From positions 928,001 to 992,000 of the forward strand of contig CBDAOY010000009.1 of the NCBI GenBank assembly GCA_965198225.1: a DNA stretch of 64,000 nt. The letters are read 5' to 3'. Below, piece after piece: positions 49,508 to 58,792 of this stretch. The first letter of the stretch is position 1; the number at the start of each line of letters is the position of its first letter. The notes below the pieces were generated by a model, which searched no databases, had not been told where the DNA came from, and was given only the letters and a program-made list of their open reading frames with translations. Position numbers and translations under genes: made by a program. The stretch comes from Terriglobia bacterium. Lineage in GTDB: Bacteria; Acidobacteriota; Terriglobia; 20CM-2-55-15.

Positions 49508-49712
49508 TCACACTGAGGAACAAACGGTTCGACGCCCCGCTGTTCGGGTTGGTCACCGTGATCGCGAGGAGGCCGGGGGCGCTGATAATGAGGGCCGGCA
49601 CGGGCACCACGATCTGAGTAGGGGTGACCGAGGTCGGTGTGAGGGCTGCCGTGCCGAGCTGGACTGCGGCGCCAGTTTCAAAATTCGATCCGAAAATCGT
49701 CAGGTCGAACCG
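49508..49712 (-). pseudogene. 3' remnant of an IPT/TIG-domain gene
   Basis: Manual translation FDLTIFGSNFETGAAVQLG...TSVTPTQIVVPVP...ITVTNPNSGASN..LSV*; no start codon. Confidence 0.72.
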
Positions 49713-50017
49713 GGAGGACTCGGATCGTTACCGGGTCCGAGCTCGACGTCATATATGGCTGAACTCGTCGTGATCGACACACCGGAGACAAAAATCGGCC
49801 ACTTTCCCGTGTTCCTCCGGAAGTTCTGGACAGCCTTCGCGATCGTCTGAGTTTCTCGCGCCGCACGGGTCACCCGAGCGTCGTCGATCATGCCGGCGAC
49901 CATGGGAGTCAGGATTGCCGCCAGAATCCCCACTACGCCCAGGGCGACGACCATCTCCACCATCGTGAAGCCGCACTCGGAGCGCTCAGGGAACCGTGAA
50001 TGTGTTTGAAGAACCAT
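49700..50017 (-). pseudogene. 5' half of a small GspG-like pilin (paralog of 57024..57629), truncated
   Basis: G|FTMVE, ARVTRA, TGKWPIF; lacks the GPY/DPWG C-terminal half. Confidence 0.8.
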
Positions 50018-51161
50018 CGCTGAAGTCCACGGTCACGGTCACGCCGCTCAACGAGACGTTGCTTGCCGAGCCCGTGGCCGCGTCCTTGAAATTCTGGACC
50101 TTGATCGTCACCGTCTTCCCGACTCCCTTGATGGTGACGTCCGGGGCCACAGTTTGTTCCTGTTCGACCCGGATGGGAACGATCTGGGTCGGTTTGCCGC
50201 TGCCTTTGACCTGCTGGGCCGCGAAGGTTATGAGGTCCCCGCTGCCCTTACGGGTGCCGCCCCCGTAGTCGAACACGAAGTTTTTACCGAATTTGATCTT
50301 CTCGTAGTAGGCCTGCGGGGTGCTGGTGTAGGTCAGTCGGATCGATGTCACGTTGACCGCATTCGTGCCGAAGTTCGTTACCTTGAACTGGAGATCGTTG
50401 CCCCCCTTGATCTTGGCGGTGCCCTCCTCGTAGGTCAGCTTGGCGTCGATGCTGAGGCTTCGGAAGCCGAACGAAACGTCGTCGAAATCGAAATTGCCGC
50501 TGCCGTCGGTCACGTCGAACCGCTGAGTCACGGCGCCGTCTTCCGGGATGTTCAGTGTCACGGTCGCAAACTTCAGGACCTTCTTTTTCCTCTTGGCCAC
50601 CCCGGTGACTTGAGAGAAGACCTCATCCTTGAGGATATCGACGATCAGGTCGTCGCTGTTGCCCTTTATACCGTCGGGTCCAACGCTCTGGAGTCGGGCG
50701 GCCACTTCCGCGTTGTCTCCGCTCCGGTTGAACGTTGTCGAAGTGTAGACGTAGGCGTTTCCGAACGGATCCTTGTCGAACCCGATCAACCTTTCGACGG
50801 TGGTTTTCGGCACGTAGGGCCCCACCCATCCGGCGCCGACCAGGGTGTTTGTGTCGAAACTGAAGAGCGGGAAGGAGCCTTTCAACCAGAGTTTGGAGAG
50901 CTGGTCCGGGACGTCGCCGACCGTCCCTATGAACCCGAAGTCGGCCCGTCCCTCCGTGATGATCAGGTTGGGATTGCCGGTGATAGCGGTCTTGATCGAC
51001 TCCAGGTCGGATCGGGCTCTCATCGTCCCTTGAGAGACGAAGACCTGGTCGGCAATCGGAGCCGAAATGCCCAGAAGTATGGCCATCATCGCAATCAGTA
51101 CGATGGCTCCGAAGAGTCCCATGCCTCGAATGGTTGCTCGATCTTCCGTGATGGTGGTCAT
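49986..51161 (-). CDS. Large pilin-like protein, cassette position 4 (no E5; GspK/PilX-like leader)
   Basis: RG|MGLFG helix; WVGPY, DPFGN, SVGPDG; carboxypeptidase-like domain; C-terminal FSDGS. Paralog of 57626..58792. Confidence 0.85.
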   Translation of the reverse strand: MTTITEDRATIRGMGLFGAIVLIAMMAILLGISAPIADQVFVSQGTMRARSDLESIKTAITGNPNLIITEGRADFGFIGTVGDVPDQLSKLWLKGSFPLFSFDTNTLVGAGWVGPYVPKTTVERLIGFDKDPFGNAYVYTSTTFNRSGDNAEVAARLQSVGPDGIKGNSDDLIVDILKDEVFSQVTGVAKRKKKVLKFATVTLNIPEDGAVTQRFDVTDGSGNFDFDDVSFGFRSLSIDAKLTYEEGTAKIKGGNDLQFKVTNFGTNAVNVTSIRLTYTSTPQAYYEKIKFGKNFVFDYGGGTRKGSGDLITFAAQQVKGSGKPTQIVPIRVEQEQTVAPDVTIKGVGKTVTIKVQNFKDAATGSASNVSLSGVTVTVDFSDGSSNTFTVP

Positions 51162-52366
51162 GGTTCGGTCTTTGCCGTAAAGAAAGTTACGGAGCCGTCG
51201 CTGAAATCCACGCGGAACGTCACCCCGGTCATGTCCACCGCGGCTCCGTTGCCGGTCTGGACATCGTCAAAATTCTCCAGCTCGATCTTGAGAGTGCCGC
51301 CGCTGCCCACGGTGCTGATCCGGATGTCGGGGATCTGAAAAAACTGTGAAGAAACCAGCGCGTGCAGGGGTTCCTGCGTCACGCCGGTCCCGGCGATGAC
51401 CTCGTTGGAGAAGGTTACCGAATCACCGGACCCTTTCCTGGGACTGTTCGAATTGTAGACCGTTGTCCCGTTCAACCGGACCCTTCTGTAGAAGCCCGGT
51501 GGATCCGAAGTGTAGGTGAGCGTAAACGAGGAGATCGTCGTGGCGTCTTTGCCGAGGTTCTCCACGACGAACTCGACGTCGTCTGCATTGTTGCTCGTGG
51601 CGAAGCCTGTATCGTCCTTGTAAGCAAGAAGCGGCATGACCTCAAAAATCCGGTCTCCATGCGGGACATCCAGGAACTCGAAGAAACCACTCGTGTCGGT
51701 CGCTGTCGTACTGGTAGCCACGGCGCCCGCCGAGGGATAGGACAGCTTGACATCGACTCCGGCCAGGATGTTGCCGTTGCGGCGCACGTACCCGAATACC
51801 CGGGAAAAGGCCTCGCCCTTGTGGATCTCGATCAGGCCGTCATCGGACGTGCCCACGGTGCCGTCGGGACCGGGGACCTTGATCGTGGCGACGATCGGGG
51901 CTCCTGTGAACGCGCTCGTTCCCGCGGTCGTGTCCAATACGACAGCGTTGCCCCACGGGTCTTCGAGCAGATCCATCGGAGCGGTGATCAGGTAGGGACC
52001 GCGCCAGCCGTGACCGAGTTGCGTGATCGATTCGACCACATAATCCGGCAGCGCCCCCACCTCCGCCAGTTGGGTGAGCGAGGAGGGCAGGTTCCCCATG
52101 TCGCCGACAAACCCGAATCGGGTGACGTTGTCCTGCCCGCGCTGGATCTCTCTGGGAGTACCCACGACCGCTCTCTTGAGGCGGACGAGTTGATCGACGA
52201 CCGCCCTGTCGCGGGCGTTGTCGATCGCTGCCGGGACACCGATACTGAAGGTCAGGGCCAGCAGGACCATGATGGCCATGACGAGTGACACTTCGAACAG
52301 CGTCATGCCACGGCAGCTGTCGGCCTGTCGTCGTTCGGCCGCCATACTGTTGCCCGTCACGTTCAT
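51158..52366 (-). CDS. Large pilin-like protein, cassette position 3
   Basis: RG|MTLFE; FGFVGDMG; WRGPY; DPWGN; C-terminal DMTGVTFRVDFSDGS. Paralog of 58789..59982. Confidence 0.87.
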   Translation of the reverse strand: MNVTGNSMAAERRQADSCRGMTLFEVSLVMAIMVLLALTFSIGVPAAIDNARDRAVVDQLVRLKRAVVGTPREIQRGQDNVTRFGFVGDMGNLPSSLTQLAEVGALPDYVVESITQLGHGWRGPYLITAPMDLLEDPWGNAVVLDTTAGTSAFTGAPIVATIKVPGPDGTVGTSDDGLIEIHKGEAFSRVFGYVRRNGNILAGVDVKLSYPSAGAVATSTTATDTSGFFEFLDVPHGDRIFEVMPLLAYKDDTGFATSNNADDVEFVVENLGKDATTISSFTLTYTSDPPGFYRRVRLNGTTVYNSNSPRKGSGDSVTFSNEVIAGTGVTQEPLHALVSSQFFQIPDIRISTVGSGGTLKIELENFDDVQTGNGAAVDMTGVTFRVDFSDGSVTFFTAKTEP

Positions 52367-52370
52367 CGCC

Positions 52371-53572
52371 TTACGGCTCCACCGGTACGACGACGATCAT
52401 CGAGCCGTCGCTGAAAGTGATTTCGAAGATCACGCCGGACATGTCGACGGCGGTCCCCCCGCCTGTCTGCGTGTCGACGAAATTCTGCATCTGGATCTTC
52501 ATGGAGCTTCCTTTTCCGATCTTGCCGATCTGGATGTCCGCCACGTCCGTTATCGGCGATTGAAGTCGGATCGGGAGCGACTCTTCGACCGTGCCGCGCC
52601 CCTTCGCCGTTTTTCCGGAGAAATTCACCGTGTCTCCGGTGCCGAGTCGCGGGTTGCTGGAGTTGTACACCGTCGAACCGTCCACCCGCAGCCGGTTGAA
52701 GTAGGCGGGCGGATCGATCGAATAGTCGAAAGTCATGGAAGTGATCGTGATGTCTTCGGATGCGAAATTCTTGACGAAAAACTCGACGTCGTCGTTGTTC
52801 CCGCCCTTGACCACGGCCGTTCCGGCAGCCAGTACGAGTCGGGGCTCCACCGTCAGCGAGCGGTTTCCGAACGGAATGTCCGCGAAGAAGTAGTAACCCA
52901 GCGAATCGGTCGTGGCGGTCGAGGAAGTCAGAACACCGTTCTGGGCGTAGTTGAGGGTGATATCCATGCCCGGCACCACGTTGCCCTTGTTGTCGCGCAC
53001 GAAACCCTGAACCCTGGAGACGACTTCGGAGTTGAAGAAATTGACGGTGATGTCGTCGCCGTTGCCGAGAGAAAAATCCGGTCCCAGCGATGCCAGCTTT
53101 CCCTTCGCCCCGGCGCCGAACGTGGCATCAGTGAACGGGCTGTTGCTGTAGGAGAGTCCGTTGCCCCAGCCGTCCTTCATCAGGGCCGCCAGCGCCTCGA
53201 TCGTCTCGAGGGTCACATACGGGCCGTTCCAACCCGCGCCGGTCTTCTTCGTGGTGTCGAATGTGAACGCCGGCTGCGTGTCCTTGATCCAGAGGTCGGT
53301 CAGCGTCGCCGGCAGGTTGCCCATGTCGCCGACGTAGCCGAACGCCGTCCGGGTTTCATCGACCACGATCACCGGATCGCCCGACACGGCGCGCTGCAGG
53401 TCGGCCAGCCGATCTACGGTGATGTCGTGCTGAAGCATGTCGAGTGCGTTGCTGGCGACGCAAGGATCGACACGATCGCGAGCGTGGCCACGGCCTCGAC
53501 CAGGCTGAAGCCGGTTTCAATCCGTGCCTCCGTCGGCGAGGTCGACGCCAGCGTCTGGGAGGTCGATCTCAT
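52371..53572 (-). pseudogene. Large pilin-like protein, cassette position 2, frameshifted in the N-terminal helix near 53460
   Basis: ATG at 53572 gives ..ETG|FSLVEAVATLAIVSIL; the body (VASNALDMLQHD..., ORF 52371..53438) is in another frame. Confidence 0.82.
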
Positions 53573-54828
53573 TTCCGCTCCGGAGTGAATATGGCGACGG
53601 AACCGTCCGAAAACGTAACCTCGAACGAGATCCCGGTCATGTCGACGTCGGTGCCCGAGCCGGACTCGACGTCCTTGAAGTTCTGCAGCTTGATGCGCTT
53701 CGTTGCACCGGCCTGCGCGGACTGTCCAATGTTCTGGTCGAGCGCCAGGGTGAAGCCGGACTGGACCCGAACCGGGGATATCAGCCCGCTGTCGGAACCG
53801 GTCCCTTTGATCGTCTTGCTGGAGCTGAAGACGATGGTCTCGCCGCTCGCGGCTCTGTCCGAAGAGTCGTTGAAGACGGTCGAGTTGCCGACCTTGATTT
53901 TTTCGTAGAAAGCCGTCACATCGAATTCGGCCTTCAGGCTCGTGATGATGATGTCGTTGGCCGAGAAATTCTGGATGACGAACTCGACGTCGTTGTTCGA
54001 CCCACCCTTTGTGAAGCCGGTGTCGGCGACGTAGACCAGCGCGGGCTCGACTACCAGGCTGCGGTTGCCGAAAGGAACGTCGGTGAACGTGTACGCGCCG
54101 GACGCATTCGTGGTCGTGCTCGAGACTGCCGGGCTTCCGCCGGAAGGCTTGTTGATTTTGGCGGTCACGCCGGTCAGGGGATTCCCGCTGGCGTCCCGGA
54201 TGTATCCGACCACGGTCGCGAACAGGTCGGTCTCGTAGATTTCGACCGTGAGGTCGTCCCCTCCGCCCAAATCCGCATCCGGTCCGTAGCTGATCAGCCG
54301 GGCCCGGTACGTCTGTCCGGTCGATGAACTGACCCCGGTCTGGACCTCGTATACGATCGAGTTGCCCCATCCGTCGCGTGCGATGTCGGCGAATTGGTCC
54401 GTGGCGGGAACGCCGAAGTACGGACCGGCCCAGCCCGAACCCAACCTCAAGCTGGTGTCGAAGGTGAACAACGGCTGGGCGTTTCGAACCCAGAGCTCTT
54501 CCAGCGAGGTGGGCAGGGAGCCCATGGCCCCGATGAAGCCGAAATCGGTGCGGGATTCCTTCGTGACGATCCGTGGGTTTCCGATGATCGCGTGACGCAG
54601 TGCAGCAAGTCTGCGGCCGGTTTCGCGCTCGCGTTCGGCCTCCACCGGTTGGGAGAGTAGTGTAACCGTGCCGACAGCCACGAGCATCAGGATCCCCAGG
54701 CTGACGGAGACTTCCATCAGCGAGATCCCGCGATCACGTTGCGGACAGAGCGTTCCCAATGCCTCCTCCTTGAGGTTGGTGCCCCGACGATCTTTCCCGC
54801 CGTCGGTACGACCAGTCACGCCGATCAT
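53569..54828 (-). CDS. Large pilin-like protein, cassette position 1 (start uncertain)
   Basis: RG|ISLME; FGFIGAMG; WAGPY; DGWGN; SYGPD; C-terminal FSDGS. Confidence 0.85.
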   Translation of the reverse strand: MIGVTGRTDGGKDRRGTNLKEEALGTLCPQRDRGISLMEVSVSLGILMLVAVGTVTLLSQPVEAERERETGRRLAALRHAIIGNPRIVTKESRTDFGFIGAMGSLPTSLEELWVRNAQPLFTFDTSLRLGSGWAGPYFGVPATDQFADIARDGWGNSIVYEVQTGVSSSTGQTYRARLISYGPDADLGGGDDLTVEIYETDLFATVVGYIRDASGNPLTGVTAKINKPSGGSPAVSSTTTNASGAYTFTDVPFGNRSLVVEPALVYVADTGFTKGGSNNDVEFVIQNFSANDIIITSLKAEFDVTAFYEKIKVGNSTVFNDSSDRAASGETIVFSSSKTIKGTGSDSGLISPVRVQSGFTLALDQNIGQSAQAGATKRIKLQNFKDVESGSGTDVDMTGISFEVTFSDGSVAIFTPERK

Positions 54829-54905
54829 TCGGCGTCATTAGGTTTAAGGATCGGCAACGGACGTCCGAAACTGCAACCAAAAGCGACGAGCCGGCAAACC
54901 AGACA
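54812..54905 (-). promoter_or_regulatory. Conserved 5' leader/promoter element, copy 1
   Basis: Aligns with 56848-56940; contains the hairpin ACGCCGA-ATGA-TCGGCGT. Confidence 0.6.
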
Positions 54906-54980
54906 TCTGGTCAAGACGCTCGGGCGCGCTGGCTTCTCCGGACCCCGGTTTCTCCCTGGGAGCCGTTAGAGGAAATGCAT

Positions 54981-55259
54981 CTACTTGATTCGATAGATGA
55001 TGTCGTCGCCAGCCGGAGCGACAGCGGCTGTCTTGGAAATGTTGAAGCTTGTGTCGACCGTTGAGTCGGGTCCCGCCGAGAGGACGAAGCACGCATCGGC
55101 GCTCCCGCGCTTTGCGTTGATGATATTGACGAGATAACGGTTGCCCCATGGATCCGATCCGGGGTCCATGTATGGGCCGTTCCACTTGAACGGTCTGGCG
55201 GATGCCGTGGTCGTCGGATAGGAGGGAGCGTTTGTCAGAAGCTGCGGATAAGCGGTATA
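54981..55259 (-). pseudogene. 3' half of a small GspG-like pilin, interrupted by a group II intron
   Basis: QLLTNAPSY..WNGPY..DPWGNRY..LSAGPD..GDDIIYRIK; the upstream sequence is intron RNA. Confidence 0.85.
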
Positions 55260-56577
55260 TCGCGCCAAGCAAAGCTTGGGAAAGGGGAATTTGATGTGAG
55301 TCGATGAAACCTTTCGAAAGGAATCCAACTGGTGAAAATCCAGTCCGGCTAAAGCCGTAGCGGGCAGGCCGGTAGCGAGTCTTGCCTGTCGCCGGGTGAT
55401 CGGCGGGAGAGAAGCGTAGACAGCGAGGAAGTGGCGCAGCGAGGCTAGCTGCTGTGCTAGCGGGTGCAAGTCCCGCCGGCGCAATTTCCAGTATGGCGCC
55501 GTAGTTATATCCGGCAGTTATTGGGGTGACCCAATGGCTGGAAGCCCGGAAGTAAAAGCTCTAGACGGGGGAGAGGCGACACCGTATCTGTCCGGATCAG
55601 CACAGGGAGCAAGCAACCCGGAGGGCCGTAGCGAGAGCGAACGAACAAGACGCCGAAATGGCTGTCCCCGCATGAAGCTGATTTGCGGGAACGTTGGAGA
55701 TGCCAAGTGGTTCCCACTTTTTCATGATGGCCAGTGTCGGTATGGAAGAACTGGAGTGAGCACATACCGAATCTCCCGGCGTAGGCTGAAGGCGGCAATC
55801 CTGGAGAGTACAGTAGCGAAAGCCCGGAAGGTCTGGTGACCAGGCAGGAGGGTCCTTGAATGCCAAAGACTATCGCTATAACCGGCACTGCCGGGAAATG
55901 GGATGGAGGCCACCAGACTGGCGGATGGGGTCGCCAAGCGAGGATGGTTGGGACAACATAACCCAACTGGAGCGAGGACCCCAGGGCCCAGGTGAGGTCG
56001 ACCGCGGTCAATGGTCCCACACTCTGAAGTGGAGAATCCAGTTGACCGGGACGGCCCCTAAGGGCGGAGCAAACTGATTCGGCGAACGGTGTATTGTCGG
56101 GACCGGACTTTAGCCGCGAGCGGAGCCAGGAAGGCTTCGTGCCGAACTTACAGGTGCCTGGCGCTTGAAGCCGTACTGGGGAAAACCCGACGTACGGAAT
56201 TTCAGGGAGGGCGGCTGGAAACGTGAGCCATGGCAGAATTAGGAACCCGCTCCACGTATCGAAAGAGTGGAAGTCGGAAACTCTCATGCCTACAGTTGCG
56301 CGCGCCAGTGCTCTACCCGACGGCCGCGAGGATTCAGCTCCGAAATTTATTACGTTGCGGATGCCGAGGCTTTTATATCGGTCGAAGGCCGCATCCGGAC
56401 AGCCGTCATGCGAGGTTGTCGGGAGCCGCCGGAGTCTCTAGCCCGGGGCACGCTTCCACAGGGATTCTCCAGGAACTTGGGAAAGCCTCGCAATCTCCTC
56501 TCGAAGAGGTAGTCGGCGGTCGAGGGCAACCAGAGACTGCGGGCGACGGGTTGAGAGGAATCTTATGAGCCCATAGT
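55260..56577 (+). mobile_element. Outer group II intron, 3'-truncated (domains I-III only), split by a nested intron
   Basis: Domain I-like motifs CTGGTGAAAATCCAG, GAAGCGTAGACAG, TGCCGA..GAAGGC; GGAACTTGGGA at the domain II boundary; TGAGCCCATAGT in domain III. The 5' boundary is approximate. Confidence 0.7.
55434..56321 (+). ncRNA. Complete ORF-less group II intron nested in the outer intron
   Basis: Domain V GAAGCCGTACTGGGGAAAACCCGACGTACGGAATTTC (56167-56203); extended domain VI ending CTCTACCCGAC; no RT ORF. The 5' end lies between 55431 and 55434. Confidence 0.88.
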
Positions 56578-56648
56578 GTGTGCTGAGCAGCGCACCGCTC
56601 AGGAGGGTTGAAGTCCCTCCGGTGATCGGATGAGGGTCACCGTATCGC
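56578..56648 (+). mobile_element. 5' fragment of a third group II intron
   Basis: GTGTG start, CTGAGC..GCTCAG hairpin, then GGAGGGTTGAAGTCCCTCCGGTGA..TCACCGTA; same layout as the 5' end of the nested intron. Confidence 0.62.
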
Positions 56649-56801
56649 TCCAGGTCCGCCTTGGCTGTTTCCGGCTTTCGCCTTCATCAACGACGATGCG
56701 AGCGGGACGAGAAAACCCGCCATGATGCTGACGATGAACAGTGAGGCGACCACTTCCGGCAGAGTGAAGCCGCGGCTTCGGCAACGACCGGAGAGACTCA
56801 T
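56649..56801 (-). pseudogene. 5' fragment of a pilin-like gene
   Basis: MSLSGRCRSRG|FTLPEVVASLFIVSIMAGFLVP, then a frameshift and truncation. Confidence 0.8.
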
Positions 56802-56847
56802 GCGCGTTCTGCGTGGACGATCATTCACCGTCGTCGGTCTCCAAGCC

Positions 56848-56940
56848 GGTCACGCCGATCATTCAGCGTCATGGGTTTAGGATCTGAGAAGGGCGTCGGG
56901 GACTTCAACCTGAAAAGCGTCGAACCGACAAAAACACACA
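56848..56940 (-). promoter_or_regulatory. Conserved 5' leader/promoter element, copy 2
   Basis: Aligns with 54812-54905; hairpin ACGCTGA-ATGA-TCGGCGT. Confidence 0.6.
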
Positions 56941-57023
56941 TCGACCTAAGAATATGGCCTGTTTTTGTTTAGGGGAGAGTCTGACTCTGGGGCGGGGAGG
57001 GGGTTCAACAGCCCTGGGAGAGC

Positions 57024-57629
57024 TTATTTCACTCGCCCGACGATATCGTCGCCGCCGATCGTCACCGCGCCGGCGCCGGATCCGATGTTCTGGTCGAACG
57101 TGGTTTCGATCTGCCCGTTAGGTCCGGCCGAGATGACCATTCCGGCCTTCTGGACCCCGAAGCGGAGGTTCTCGGCGCTGACCAGGTAGGCGTTGCCCCA
57201 GGGATCGTCGCCGAGCTCCTGAACGTAGGGGCCGCGCCACGCAAACCGGCCGGCCGTGCCGTATCCGGGGACGTTGCGGCCGAGAATGTCTTCAAGATCT
57301 CCTCGCTCGTTGAGGGCCGGCAACCATTCGCTGTCGGTAGCCGAGGGAAGGGTTCCCGGGCCGAGCAGGATCTCGTAGTAATCGGAAGATGTGGTGATGC
57401 CGACGCCCGACTTGAAGATCGGCCACTTGCCTGTCGCCTTGTTGAAGTTCCGGATGGCCTGGCCGATGTTCACGACCTCCAGCTCGGCCCGTGTGACGCG
57501 GGCTTCTTCCACCAGTCGGCTCACCATTGGCGTGAGAATCGTGACGAGTATCACCAGGACCGCCAGAACCACAACCACTTCCAGGAGAGTGAACCCGAAT
57601 TCTTGCCTGCCGACGAATCTCATGATCAT
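57024..57629 (-). CDS. Small GspG-like pilin, cassette position 5
   Basis: G|FTLLE; WRGPY; DPWGNAY; ISAGPNG; GGDDIVGRVK. Confidence 0.9.
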   Translation of the reverse strand: MIMRFVGRQEFGFTLLEVVVVLAVLVILVTILTPMVSRLVEEARVTRAELEVVNIGQAIRNFNKATGKWPIFKSGVGITTSSDYYEILLGPGTLPSATDSEWLPALNERGDLEDILGRNVPGYGTAGRFAWRGPYVQELGDDPWGNAYLVSAENLRFGVQKAGMVISAGPNGQIETTFDQNIGSGAGAVTIGGDDIVGRVK

Positions 57630-58792
57630 GGCACCGAAAACGTGTTGACCGAGCCGTCGCTGAAGCCGATCGTAAACGTGACGCCGCTGACCGAGACGCC
57701 GCTCGCGGATCCCGTCGCTGCATCTTTGAAGTCTCGAATCTCGACGACGACGGACTTGCCGACTCCTCGAATCTCGACGTCCGGCGCTGCCGTGACCTCC
57801 TGTTCCACGCGGATCGGGATGACCTGCGTCGGCTTGCCCGTTCCGGCGACCGCCACCGCGGAGAAATTAATCGTCTCGCCGGTGCCCGGCCGGACACTGC
57901 TGTTGTCGGTGACGTAGTCGAAGACCTGCGTGTTTCCGATCTTGACTTCCTCGTAGTAGGACGCCGGCGAAGACGTGTATGTCGCCGTCATCGACGTGAC
58001 GTTGACCGCGTCGGACCCGAAGTTGGCCACCGTAAACTTGAGTCGGGTGCCCTGCAGCTTGGCGGTGCCGTTCTCATAGGTCAGCCGCGGATCGATGGCC
58101 AGGCTGCGAAACCCGAACGAGACATCGGTGAACGTGAAGTCGCCGCTGGCGTCGGTGACCGCGACGCGCTGGTCCACTGCGCCGTCAACCGGTACGTTGA
58201 GGGAGACGGAAGCAAAGGGAACAGTCTGATTGTTCCGCTTCAACGTCCCGTTGACGGTCGAGAAGATTTCTCCCTTGAGAAGGTCGATGGACAGGTCGTC
58301 GTCGGTTCCGCTCGTCCCGTCGGCGCCGAGGCTCGTGATTCGGGCTGCGACAAGGGCGTTATCCGAGGCACGGTTGAACTCGGTTGACGTGTACACAAGC
58401 GGATTTCCGAAGGGATCCAGGTCCAGCGTCAGGAGATCCTCGACGAACGTGTCGGGCGCGTAGGGGCCCACCCACCCGGCACCGACCAGGTCGGTCGTGT
58501 CGAAGACGTAGCCCGCCTGAGCCCCCTTGATCCACAGTTTGTCGAGCGTGACTGGTACGCCTCCCATTGTGCCGATGTAACCGAAATCGGCCCGGCCGCC
58601 TTCAATCACCAGGTTCGGATTACCGGCCATGGCTGTCTTGAGCGCTTCCAGATCCTCGCGAGCCTGCAGCGTTCTCGAAGCATTCGCAACCTGGTTCGCC
58701 ACCGGGACCGAAGCGACGATTAACGCGGTGGTCATCGCCATGAGGACGACGGCCCACAGGATTCCCATTCCCCTGTTTCGCTCCTGATTCAT
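57626..58792 (-). CDS. Large pilin-like protein, cassette position 4
   Basis: RG|MGILW (no E5); WVGPY; DPFGN; C-terminal FSDGS. Confidence 0.87.
   Translation of the reverse strand: MNQERNRGMGILWAVVLMAMTTALIVASVPVANQVANASRTLQAREDLEALKTAMAGNPNLVIEGGRADFGYIGTMGGVPVTLDKLWIKGAQAGYVFDTTDLVGAGWVGPYAPDTFVEDLLTLDLDPFGNPLVYTSTEFNRASDNALVAARITSLGADGTSGTDDDLSIDLLKGEIFSTVNGTLKRNNQTVPFASVSLNVPVDGAVDQRVAVTDASGDFTFTDVSFGFRSLAIDPRLTYENGTAKLQGTRLKFTVANFGSDAVNVTSMTATYTSSPASYYEEVKIGNTQVFDYVTDNSSVRPGTGETINFSAVAVAGTGKPTQVIPIRVEQEVTAAPDVEIRGVGKSVVVEIRDFKDAATGSASGVSVSGVTFTIGFSDGSVNTFSVP

Noticed and set aside
54981-55484. 167-aa ORF as an intact gene
   Set aside because: Its N-terminal part is antisense intron sequence; only the C-terminal part of about 90 aa is pilin.
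55505-56287. 260-aa minus-strand ORF inside the intron
   Set aside because: Antisense to the intron RNA and lacking RT (YADD) or endonuclease motifs.
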